A stretch of DNA of 64,000 nucleotides from Lama guanicoe. Its lineage: Eukaryota. A program made the position numbers and the translations under genes. The notes beneath the pieces are model-generated. The model did no database searches. It was not told where the DNA came from and saw nothing but the letters and a program-made list of their open reading frames with translations. The stretch covers positions 374,001-438,000 of the forward strand of contig MU054037.1 in the NCBI GenBank assembly GCA_013239625.1, written 5' to 3'. Below, piece after piece: positions 51,461 to 63,112 of the stretch (positions within the stretch are counted from its first letter, which is position 1; the number at the start of each line of letters is the position of its first letter).

Positions 51461-52921
51461 TGGATCGTAAAGGTGGGAATGCTCACATGATTTCTTCATC
51501 TTCAGTTCATAGCCGAACGGTTCACGGTAGCAATGTGTTAGGCCCTGGGTGTAAGCACAAGAAACCCCTGTCCGCCGCGAAAGCCTGCATTTCGGAAATC
51601 CTTCCCTCCAAATTCAAACCCAGGCTCTCTGCTCCCAGCGCTCTTCTGCAGGATCAGAAGAGCGTTCTGTTGCCCACAGAAAAGGCTCAGAGCTGCGAGA
51701 ACCTTTGTGTCTCGGTTTCTCTGAATGAATCCAAACGAGGCCTCCCCCTGCAAGTGGGGGGCAGCGTGGAGAACCTGCTGCTGCGCTCCCGGCGGGACTA
51801 CGACAGCAGGTCGAGCAGCACCCTGAGCCTGCAGGAGTACAGCACCAGCGCCAGGAGGCCCTGCCCGCTGTCCAGGAAGGCCGGCATGCAGTTCTCCATG
51901 CTCTACCGGGACATGCACCAGATCAACCGGGCCGGCCTCTTCCTGGGGTCCGGCTCCTCCTCCAGCGTGCGGGATCTCGCCTCCCACTTCGAGAGGAGCA
52001 GCCTGGTGCTGTCCAGGGGCGAGCTGGGCTCCAGCCAGGAGGGCTCGGAGCACATCCCCAAGCACACAGTCTCCTCTCGCATCACGGCTTTCGAGCAGCT
52101 GATTCAGCGGTCCCGGTCCATGCCGTCGCTGGACCTGTCCGGCCGGCTGAGCAAGTCCCCCACGCCCGCGCTGAGCCGGAGCGGCCTGACCTCCGCCCGC
52201 TCGGCCGAGTCCCTGCTGGAGTCCACGAAGCTCCGGCCCAGGGAGGTGGACGGGATGAACCCCGGGGGCGTCTACGCCTCCCCGTGCGGCAGGCTGGCGG
52301 ACCCCGCCTTGGGCTTCCGGGGCCTCGGGCCTTCCGAGCCCCTCTCCGCCTGCTCGGACGAGCTGGACCGCTGTTCCAACGTGTCCAGTGACAGCCGGGA
52401 GGGCAGCAGCGGCAGCGTTCACGGAGACTTCCCCAAACACCGCCTCAGCAAGTGCAAGGGCACCTGCCCGGCCTCCTACACCCGCTTCACCACCATCCGC
52501 CGGCACGAGCAGCAGCAGACCTCCAGGCGGCCCGACTGGCGCGCGGACCCCCGGGGCGACAAGGGCGCGCTCCTCCGGAACATCTACCTGATGAGCCCCC
52601 TCCCCTTCCGGTTGAAAAAGCCCCTCCCGCACCACCCCAGACAGCCTTGCCCCAGGGACTTGTCAAGCCAGAAGCCAGACCCCCCCAGGCAGCCCCAGCA
52701 GGACGAGCGCCCCTCCCAGGGGAAGCCTTTGGTTCCCAAACGCCTGTCTTCCCGGCACACCATGGCCAGGCTGAGCCAGATCTCAGAGCCCCCTGAGGAG
52801 AGACCCGCGGCCCCGGAGGCCGGCCCCAGGGCCTTTACTAATGGGAACTCTGTGCTGTACCCAGACCACGGCCTGGACAGGAACAACAACCCGCACAGTG
52901 AACTGGGGACGTCCCTCGGAG
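51461..52921 (+). CDS. SORBS1: SORBS1 giant cassette exon 17 (1461 nt, 487 codons, phase 1-1), SORBS2/nArgBP2-insert-like
   Basis: tttccag|TG acceptor; lies in the 536-aa ORF 51460..53070 with strong GC3 bias. GGAG|gtggcc donor restores frame into the next exon (G+AT=D). The 3' boundary is less certain because this donor is weak. Confidence 0.8.
51750..52830. other. Intragenic CpG-island-like segment within the giant exon
   Basis: Visibly very GC- and CpG-rich compared with the CpG-depleted introns; observed/expected ratio not computed. Confidence 0.7.
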
Positions 52922-53245
52922 GTGGCCTTCTGTGTATTTGCCCAGTCTCACCTCACCCATCTCTCCACTCTGCTTGCTTTTCCCCTCCCCCCGTGTGCCC
53001 TTGGTGCTCATTTTCTGGTCCGTCCTTTGTTTTCTGTTTGTTTGGCTTGGCAATTAATCATGGCTCGTAGTGGCTGCACTTCTTTAAAAACAGATTTCCC
53101 ACATCATGTAGACTAACCACCAAACTCTGTTTCGAAAGAAAAATTGGCCGTTTTAGCTCATCTGAGAAATTTGTTCATTTGAACTTTTGAACCCATTGTA
53201 ATTCGCACTGATCCCAACTCAGCCCGTGGTTTTTTGAGAGGCAGC

Positions 53246-53247
<2 letters not shown>

Positions 53248-53277
<30 letters not shown>
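53248..53277. repeat. (TG)15 microsatellite
   Basis: Read directly from sequence. Confidence 0.95.
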
Positions 53278-53279
<2 letters not shown>

Positions 53280-53578
53280 TGTTCAGTGTGTCCCTGTGAG
53301 AGCCTGCACGCCTCTTCATGGGGACACTTTCCAAAGGAGGTCTTCTCTTTGCTCACCTTTTGCCTCTGATTAGTTTTCTTGGTATTAAACTAGTTCACAA
53401 GTAAATCCAAAAAGCAGGAGGAAGGGGAGGGGATTTGGTTTTTTTCCTTCAGAATTGGAACACTGACCACCAAACAACCACGGTAAAAACTTGACATCAC
53501 GGATGAAAGGTGAAATCTTTCCAGTCTGGTTTCCCTCTCAATCTGTACCTGTTTTAATTCTACTTTATTGTTTTGAAG

Positions 53579-53664
53579 ATTCAGAATCACCAAGGCATTT
53601 TATACCGGCTGATTACTTGGAATCCACAGAAGAATTCATTCGAAGACGTCATGATGATAAAGAG
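53579..53664 (+). CDS. SORBS1: SORBS1 exon 18 (86 nt) (D)SESPRHFIPADYLESTEEFIRRRHDDKE
   Basis: tgaag|AT acceptor, GAG|gtaatc donor. Confidence 0.96.
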
Positions 53665-55997
53665 GTAATCTCCACTTTAAAGCCTCTTTAGCTCTCGTGC
53701 AGATAAAAATATAAAGGAAGTAAACAGTGAGGTGACATGGCTTAGCAATAAGAAGGCAACATTGGGGTTTTCACAGGTGACATTTTTATGACATGGGCTC
53801 AATCACTCTTTCAGTCAACCTTTCCAAAATGTAGGACTGATTATCCCCACAGTGCTAGGTTCCCAATGCCAAGTCCAGCCGGTGCTGCTGCCCTGGAAGT
53901 TTAGAAAAGTTGCCCACCAGTGCGCTCAGTGCCTTGTAAAGGGAACCTGGAGTCCCTCCCCATAACCCCCACCTCATTATTCTCCAGGGAATCCCACCCT
54001 CCTGTGTCTCCAATGCTGCCCACCCTCTCCTGGCACAAAGCACAGTTCATATTGAGGATGCAGTAGGAGAAAGGAAACTGAAAGAGAATAATGACTGTGA
54101 TACATTTTATAAAAACAGATTGAAGAAGTTGCCTTTTACTCAGAAGAAGAGATAACCCCCATAAAAGTTGGGAACCCCCCTGCCCCCAACCCAGAACTTC
54201 AGCGTACAGACCTTGTCTTGCAGCTTCTGAAATGCCTGTACTGCAGTCATGTGACTGATGGGGCCAGGAAGGGAGCATGTTCTCTTGGGATTTAGGAAGA
54301 GGTAGTTCAACACATCAGCTAAATGGACAAAATCACAAGCTTCTGTTGTGATGAAGTATCATTAGGAGGTGTGCTTTCTAGACTTCACATTCCCAGAAGA
54401 AAGAGTCCTTTATGTTAAACAAGCTCTGATGACCATTTTCCTGCAATGAATTAAGAGACGGAAGAATTGCTTTGCACGTGGTGGCAGCCAGGAAGAGGGT
54501 GTACACAACTCTGTCCCTTTCCCTGTAAAGTCTGAAGCCCTTTTCCTATGTTCTGTTTTGTTGAGTGGTTTCAGAGTTTAGGGGGACTTGCCTTGAGGAT
54601 TTAGGGTAAGGCTGACACTGAAATGAGCTTGGAGAATAATAGTCACTGCTGCCAGATGGGGAGACAAAGGACAAAAAGGACCATAGCTTTGCCCGTCTCC
54701 TGGCACAATACAGACAGTACTCACGGGCACCTGTTGGTGGAAAGAAATGGGAGGAAGCATTTGATGGACAGAATTATTTGTAGTAATGAGGTGAAAAGCT
54801 CACTCACGATGAGTGCCCCTCAGGCCATGGGACAGATTCATTTTTGTCACTGTCCCTGAGATACAAGATTCCCACCTATCTAAACCTGGGCTGCTCGACA
54901 TTCTGTTTCTGCAGTTTAAACCCTTGTATCCAACGTGGGAGGTTTTGTGGTATAATTCTTGGCTGCCGCATGGGAGGCAGACTGTCCTTTGTTAGTTTAA
55001 CAATTCAGAGGGTGAGAGGCTTGTGCCCTGGACAGTGCTGGCTCACAGATCCTTGTGTCCTTATCCATGGTTTTTGGTTTATGTGGTTAAACTGTGGGAA
55101 TGACGGATTTATTGAGGTCAGAATCAAGCACTGGCTGGGGAGCTCTGCTCCATTTGCATCCATCCATTTTCATCACTGCAGAAAACAGCCCACACGTCCC
55201 AGCTAAGGGAACGTCAGTCCTGGCATGTTTCTATGCAAATAGCTTATTATTAACATTAATGAAAACGACATTTCAGAAAAACGAGAACCTGTCAGTCCTG
55301 AGAGGGATGTTAGTGGTCATCTAACATATCCAGGAAAGGACTGCCACAGGGCAGTGGCTTGCCCAGGGCCACGTAGCACGTTAACTTGTACCAGAGGCAG
55401 AGCTGGACATCAGGGCTCTACTGTGCTTCATAAAGCACTTTCTCATGTCTTTTCTCATTTTCATCTTTACAACTACTTACTTGAGCACTGGTAGAATTCC
55501 CACAGCCATTTGATGAGCTGTCACTTTATTATTTTAGATCCTGGAGAAAAATAGAAAAATGCCCCCACCCCAGCCCACCCCCCGGAGCTAGGTGTCCCTC
55601 AAGGCATTTAGTTGCCTGCTGGAAAAGACTAATGTTTTCCTGAGATTGCTAAGAATTACCAGTTCTACCTAATACTTTGCTGCAAGGAATGTTAATCCCA
55701 GGAATGTGTGATTGGTATGGAGTAAGAAAATACATTAAAATTCTCTTCTACAGGGTCATGTCTATAGGCAATGAGGACATTGACTTAAATGCAACATTGT
55801 TCAAGTATTTTAAAAGGCCTTTAAAAATAGATGACTTATTTCCTTAATTTAGGAGAGGCAATTTCTTCTAAACCCAGGTACCATTATTCTTAGTTTATTG
55901 TCTATATTTATAGTCTACATCATTCCCTTAAATTCAGCTTCATTTCACCTAAGATAGCAGTAGTGAAGTAAAAAGTACAATAAGAAAGTAACTAATG

Positions 55998-56130
55998 GTG
56001 GGGAAGGTACAGCTCAGTGGTAGAGTGTGTGCTTAGCATGCACAAAGTCCTGGGTTCAGTCCCCAGTACCTCCATTAAAATGAATAAATAATTACCTCCC
56101 TACTAAGATAAAAATTTTTCTAATTTAAAA
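55998..56130 (+). mobile_element. tRNA-derived SINE (Vic-1-like, camelid)
   Basis: ggggaaggtacagctcagtggtagagtgtgtgcttagcatgcacaaagtcctgggttcagtcccc. Degenerate TSD aagaaagtaactaatg / aggaaagaaactgatg. Confidence 0.88.
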
Positions 56131-56830
56131 AGGAAAGAAACTGATGCTCTCTTGTCACATAAATAGTCTTTGGTGCATATGCTAAGGCCTCCTAAAAATT
56201 GTGCTTGGAGGAAGGGTTCGCCGGCGTAGGAAGGGTGCCGTATTTCTTGAAATGGATATCTACTCCCCTGAGCATATTAGACTAACAAGAATAGGAAGCA
56301 CAAAAATGACCTGCTTGCCAGAGACTCCACGTGGTAAAAGCCCGTAGCAGGTTTGATGGGCCTGATCTGGGCAGAAGGAATCAGGCAGCCCTGGTCCCAC
56401 TGTGGGTGTACACTGTGGGAACTCATCACTGACTAAGCCAGGTAAGGATGACAATTCAGCCTCCTGCCATCCTCGTGGGTGCTCTGGATGTGCCCTCCAG
56501 GTGACCTAGCCCTGGCCACCTTGTGTCAGGAGGCAGGAGGCTTTTGGCTGAGCCAAGGGGAAGTCTGCAGACAGTGTAACTGGGCGGGGTTCAGCCCTCC
56601 CTGCCTCCCTGTGCTCCCCAGGTTTCTCCAGTGCAGTGCTGCCTCCTCCCGACCCAGAGCGCACAGGGGGTGGTTGCAGCGGGAACATTGTGGTTATGGC
56701 CCTAAAGCCCCTCCAGCATCTGTTTCCTCCCTATTGACCCAGCACCTTTTCCCTTAGTTGTTTTTGTTGGCAGTTTTCTAATACCCTGGACCAGATGATT
56801 CACAGCCCATTTTGTGCAATTTCATGGCAG

Positions 56831-56998
56831 AAACTTTTAGCGGACCAGAGACGACTTAAGCGCGAGCAAGAAGAGGCCGATATTGCAGCTCGACGCCACA
56901 CGGGCGTCATTCCAACGCACCATCAGTTTATCACTAATGAGCGCTTTGGGGACCTCCTCAATATAGACGATACGGCAAAAAGGAAATCTGGGTCAGAG
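56831..56998 (+). CDS. SORBS1: SORBS1 cassette exon 19 (168 nt) KLLADQRRLKREQEEADIAARRHTG...KRKSGSE
   Basis: ggcag|AAA acceptor, GAG|gtctgt donor, phase 0-0. Confidence 0.93.
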
Positions 56999-58356
56999 GT
57001 CTGTTTTGGTCACCTCGATCTGCTGCTTGACCCAAAGCAATATTTGCCCCGCCTCAGCATTGCCTTCTGTAGGCCAAGTTAGTTCTCCAGACAGCATCTA
57101 TCATCCTGGCTTCCCTCTGGCTTGCTTTGGCTCTTCTCTGGCTGGTCGGTGGACATGATGCCCATTATGTCCTGTACTCTGTATGTCCAAGCATGCCTGG
57201 CTGTAGGACCGGGGTCTGCTGGCACACACCCCAAATGCATGCCTTAGAGCATCGGCTGCCCTTCATGAGTCCGGTCCTCTCCATCCCGCATTTTATCACA
57301 TTGTGTTGCCTGTGCATTCTGCTTAGAGACCTGTACCTTAGTCCATATGCATTAGTAGCTACGGTGTGGACAATTACAAGAGTCTTCTTTGAAGGGATGG
57401 TTTAGAGGAGCTTGTATTACATACAATACTGCCGCTCAGTGTCCGACAGTGAATTAATTGACTAATGGGGTCAAAAGTGCTGAAGCCTAAATGAAGAATT
57501 TTGAAACCCAAAGAGTTTTGCGGCTAGGAGAAGCCATGGCGGGAGGGTAAGAGCTCTCTGAGAGCAATTTCCTTTGTTCCCTTAATTTTGACGTTCCTCA
57601 GCTGAGATTGTGAAACCTAATACTATAAAAGAATGAGGAAGCACAGGCCTTTGAAGTGATTTTTATCTAGGCTTTCACCTCCTGCAAGAGGGTCAACATG
57701 TTGAAATTCTTGTGCTGGCCAGTTGCTGCTTCTTGCCCCAGCATCTTTTGTGTCATGTGACCCTTAAGTAGCCCTGCTGAAGATTAGCTCCTTTGGGGAA
57801 GTGTATGTGTCTGGGGCTTGGTGGGTGGGGAGACGGGGGAGTGACGCTGAAGTGTATACAGTCTTGGAATCTTTCCAAATAATAGCTAATTAATATTCAT
57901 GTCTCTATCTTTTGAGCGACAGAGGTACCACTGGCTGTTCATCAAATGGTTTGGGTTTTAAAGAAATAGGTGTCTGTGACAAAGAGAGAAAACAAGGAAC
58001 TAGATTAAAAGAAGGAAAGCCAGGGAGGGGAAGGAGACTCTAAGGTGATGGAGAAAAAGAAAATGTAATTAGGAAGAGGCAGAAGTTATCGAGAGTTACT
58101 CAGAAGCAAGGGAATGGCAGCCCCCAGCATTCCAGCCCCTCCAAACCAGCCTGTTCTGAAGGCTCTGATGATGGGTCATCCTCATTCACAGGCCTGCCTG
58201 GTTACAAGTGATGGAGAAGATGAGGACGAGCAGAGGCCCTTCGGGCTGCATCCTCTCACATGTAGATAGTACAGCAGATGAAATGCGACCAGGGCACCAT
58301 AACCATGGGCAGAGGCAGGCAAACTCTGCCTGAGCGGCCCCGCCTCTCTTCTAGAG

Positions 58357-58506
58357 CAGTGGCTCTCAAATGTGAGCACATCGGAATCCCTTAGGGGCTG
58401 ATTGAAATACAGTTTGCTGGGCCCTATCTGTAGTTTCCTGTTCTGGGACAGGGCCCGAGACTTTGCATTTCTGAGCCGTCCAGGGACCTCATTTTGAGAA
58501 TCACTG
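58357..58506. mobile_element. MER5A-like hAT-Charlie MITE
   Basis: TIRs cagtggctctcaaa / tttgagaatcactg with ctag-containing flanks. Similar decayed copies near 3370-3490, 8250-8430 and 10290-10430. Confidence 0.75.
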
Positions 58507-60779
58507 CCCTAGATGTTGACAGACATGAGGAAAAAGAGACCAGCAAGTCCCAGGTACACCGGGCTTTGTAGATGTGCTTCTGTCCCATTCAGCAGAGTTT
58601 AGGTGGCCACTGATTCCGTGCAAGACCCTGGGAGGCGGGCAGAAACAGGACCCAGACTGTGCCCTTGGGAAGCTGGCCCTCTAGTGGAAGAGGCACCCTC
58701 GTGTAACAGTTACCGCTTTTGCAGTAAGTGACACAATGCTGTGGGAACCAGAGGAGGGAAAGATGGATTTGGCCTCGGGGACAGATGAAGATAAACAGGG
58801 AGAAGGTGCTTTGTAAGGCAGTGACAACTCAATGTATCTTAAGAGGTCAGTGGAATCAGTGTTTCTCAGTCTTGAGTCATGTATGGATTCTCTTCAATGA
58901 AAAAAAAAATTTTCACCAACCCGATTGGGTTGACCTAAGCCAATTTACAAATTAAATAGTAAGCCATACACCTATATAATTTTGTTAACTTAGATGAAAG
59001 ATGATTTTGTTTTGCCTGCACTCAGTTGCCACTCAGAGTATGGATACAGTCCTATTTTGGTAACATTTTTGAAAGTTCACACAGCTCTGCAGCTGGCTGC
59101 CTTGAGATAATGCCCCCACAGTCTTTTTTTTTTTTTATTGGAATCATGTTGAAGTTTTTGTCCTTATAATGCTGGCCTTCTCTTGTGAACTTGCCATTTA
59201 TCGTTAACTCCATGTTTGTTTTTCTTATTTGCTTACAACTGTTCGATTATGCTCTTTGGTCACAGACGGACACAGATGCAGGCATTGAAATTCTGTGACA
59301 TTGATTATAAGGTCAACTTCTACGGTGTACGCATACAGGTAGATAGATTAAAACATCAGTATGAAAATGCCAAAATTAGGAACTCCTGTGGAGAGTTCCT
59401 CGCTGTTAAGGAGACCCTGTCGAAACCCCAGCTGGGGGAGCCTGGACTTTAGGGGCCTTTCTCTAAGGGGTCGAGCTCTAAAACTAAGCTTGATGAAGCT
59501 TCTAAATACTATTTTTTTTCCTCACCTAGAGTCTCCCATTTTTTCCTCTCTGCTTGGTTCATGCCTTCTGATAGCAAAGAGGATGTATATAATTTAATTC
59601 TCATCACATCATTCCCTAGACCAGAAAGTCATAGCAGTTGACAAAGTCGGGGCTTGTGTCTGGGGAAGAAGCCCACCAGCAGCCAGTGCCAGTGCGTTCA
59701 CGTAGTTTCTCCCCTCCATCCTTCTCTTACAAAAAGTAGTTAAAATAACTACTTCTAATGGTGGGGAAGAGATGTGCAAATAAATATCATAAGTGAAGGT
59801 GAACTTTCTGCTCTGTCTGCTGGAATCGGAGATGGAGAAATTCCAGACAGAAGGGGTGTCTAGACAAGGCGCAGCAGACAGGTTTGCCTACCTGGGGCAG
59901 GAAGCGTGTAACGGGAGACAAAGGCTGTGAGGTGCGAGTGGGGAGCAGTGACCCCCAGGCCTTACCCCAGCTCAGGAGTCAGAGTTGATCTGAGGGACAG
60001 TTGAGAGGCTCTGCCAGCCTCAAAGCGGGAAGTGATGTGGTGGAGGTATTTGAGGAATGTTGTTTGTGCTGCCGAGTGACCCTAGATTAGCGCGAAGAGA
60101 TCTGAAGTCAAAGGAAGCTTTGTGCCTGTAAGAGTGAGAGGTCAGGCCAGAGTGGGGCTGTGGCGGAACAGCGGGAGGGCTGGCATGACTGAATGGTGGA
60201 CCTGATGAGAAGGTGGAGGCTGGGGCTGTGAGGTCTGGGAGGAGAGGGCTCCCCAGCGAGAACGGGAGCCTGAGCTCAAGGCTTTCTCTGTCTGGCTTTT
60301 CGGGTGATTTCACAGACCATGAGAAATAAATACAGTTGGAGGTGATGTGAGAAGTTCTTCAAGGCTTCATCTACATGCAGGTCGCGGTTTAAGCCAGGCC
60401 AATAGAATACATTACCCAAAGAGTAAGACAGTAGATGAGGAACGGCTTTGGGCCTCTGGCTGACTGTTTTTTGTCTGTTTGTGTTTCTAATAGCCGTGGT
60501 CAGCTTTGGGAGCCAGCATTTCAGCTTTAGGACTTTTCTAACCCTCTCTTCCCCAAATCTGGCCCTCCTTAGGGAGATGCTCATGCATGGCATAGTTGAC
60601 CAGACATCCATCTCATGTTCTGTTAAGGTCAGACAAACGGAATTTTGCCCAGGTCTCTACACCAGAGTAAACTGGTTAGGGTGGATTTTTCTGCTTTGCT
60701 TTCCGGAAAGGTGTAAAAATGTGTCCTTTCCATTGTACGTGAATTGTGATTTTAACTTGTCATTGTTTCTTGTGTTTAG

Positions 60780-60826
60780 ATGAGACCTGCCAGAGCCAAG
60801 TATGACTTTAAAGCTCAGACACTAAA
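60780..60826 (+). CDS. SORBS1: SORBS1 exon 20 (47 nt) MRPARAKYDFKAQTL(K), SH3-1 start
   Basis: tttag|ATG acceptor, TAAA|gtaagt donor. Confidence 0.96.
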
Positions 60827-62365
60827 GTAAGTGCCACCAGTCCTATTCATTTATTTTACCTCCCTCTTTGAAACACAGAAGTCCACACAGAAGAGTTGAA
60901 GAAATGACAACAATAATTAAAGAAAACAGTAGTTTTACTGCGTTTACCATGTGCCAAGCACCGTTCAGACTACTTCACATATGTTAACTCACTCAGCTCT
61001 CACTGTACCCCTATGGGGTTGGTGTGATTATCTTCACGTTGTGCTGATGGGGGAACCAAGGGACTGCAGGGCTGCCAGTCCTGCACATCCATGTGTCCAT
61101 AGTTGGGGGTGAAGGGAGGGGGGAATTCAGAACCCTCCCAAGGAGGGCTATGGCAAAAATGTGGCTGAAGACCCTTCATTCTTACGGAGACGGATGCCCC
61201 AGATCCCCTTCATGGGCCTCTTTTGGGTTAGAATCCTGCCTGCCGCTGGGAGACCCACATGGGCTGCCTTGTTCTTTCATCCAGCACAGTGCTGACTTTG
61301 CGTGAGGTTTTCCAGATGTACCGCAGCAGTTTAGCCAGCATCCCTCATGCACCGTGGGACTTCCTGGCACACTGCAGGGCGGGCACACCTCCTCCAGGCT
61401 GCAGTCAGAGATCTTGCTCTCCATGCTATGGTTTGATGCAAATGGAAAAGATCTGGGTCATTTTTTTAATTCAAGATAACTTCAAGTTACAGAGTTTATT
61501 TTTATAATTTATCTTTTTGTTTCATTTTTTCAAATGAAGTCCTGGTTAGAGGTTATCATATCATTATTGAGGCAAACAAAAGGATGTGAAAAAGCTGAAA
61601 AAAGGCATGAAGAACACTTGAAGGAAAATCCACTTTTCTTTCCAAGATCCCGTTTCTGTGTTGAAAAGGAAGCACAGGAACATTTACTGTTAACTATACG
61701 AGAGGAACCATGCTGGCTGTTTTATTTGTAGTTTGTTGCCAAATTCTCCAACAACCCTGAATTAGCTCCTATTTTCAGATAAAGAAAGTATCTCATAGAG
61801 ATGAAGTATCTTGCCTAAGGTCCCAGAGCCAGTAGATGGTATAACTGGATTTTGAACTCAGATCTGGTCATTTCAGAGCCTGTCTCTGCTACATGATGAT
61901 AGATGGATAGGTGGATGGATGTCTGAATGGATAGAATGACAAAAGGATACCAGTTTGTCACACATAATTTGAAGGTATTTCAAATGTAATGGGTAATGAG
62001 GTCATGCCGTGCTAGGGCATAGACAAGGGCAGTGAAAATACCTAGAAGGAAACATTTTTCACCATTTAATCAAAGCAGTGAAGACTGCTGGGTGCATCGC
62101 TGTGTGTTGCATAAATATCTGAGCATAAGACAACATTGACCAAAAATACATTCAGGCAGCAGCAAACTAATGAGGCATCTGAGCACTTTTGAGTGGTAGT
62201 CAGCTTGAAAGTTAACCTTCAGCCCACCAAAGACTGGGAAAATGCCAAATGTGCTGTAATTTCCTGAATAGCAGGGTTCTCGCTTCCAAATACAGAGCCC
62301 CCTCTTCTGTAGTTTGACCCCTTTGACCTCATTTGAAGTCTCCTTTTACTAAAACACTGAACATC

Positions 62366-62531
62366 TTTTTTTTCCTTTAAATTGAAGCATAGTTGATTTA
62401 CAATGTTATCTTAGTTTCTGGTGTATAGCATAGTGATTCAGCTTAACACATATTTTTCATATTCTTTTTCATTATAGGTTATCACAAGATATTGAATCTA
62501 ATTCTCTGTACTGTGCAGTAGGCCCTTGTTG
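62366..62531 (-). mobile_element. LINE-1 3' UTR fragment
   Basis: Poly-T, attgaagcatagttgatttacaatg...ttataggttatcacaagatattga; antisense to the same family as 45898-46236. Confidence 0.8.
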
Positions 62532-62597
62532 CTTTGAGCATTGTAATATTACACCTATAGGAACGTCCACTAAAATGCTGTGACCCTCTACCCCCAG

Positions 62598-62712
62598 GGA
62601 GCTTCCGCTGCAGAAGGGAGACATCGTTTACATCTGTAAGCAGATAGATCAGAACTGGTACGAAGGAGAGCACCACGGCCGGGTGGGGATCTTCCCACGC
62701 ACCTACATTGAG
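62598..62712 (+). CDS. SORBS1: SORBS1 exon 21 (115 nt) [40 protein letters not shown]3-1
   Basis: ccccag|G acceptor, GAG|gtacca donor; SH3 WxxG and GxFP motifs. Confidence 0.97.
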
Positions 62713-62734
62713 GTACCACAGCCCTTCTCTCTAA

Positions 62735-63112
<378 letters not shown>

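Noticed and set aside
51538..52635. 365-aa antisense ORF
   Set aside because: It is codon-aligned with the sense exon. Antisense stops need sense TTA/CTA/TCA codons, which are scarce in this GC3-rich exon, so it is a shadow ORF.
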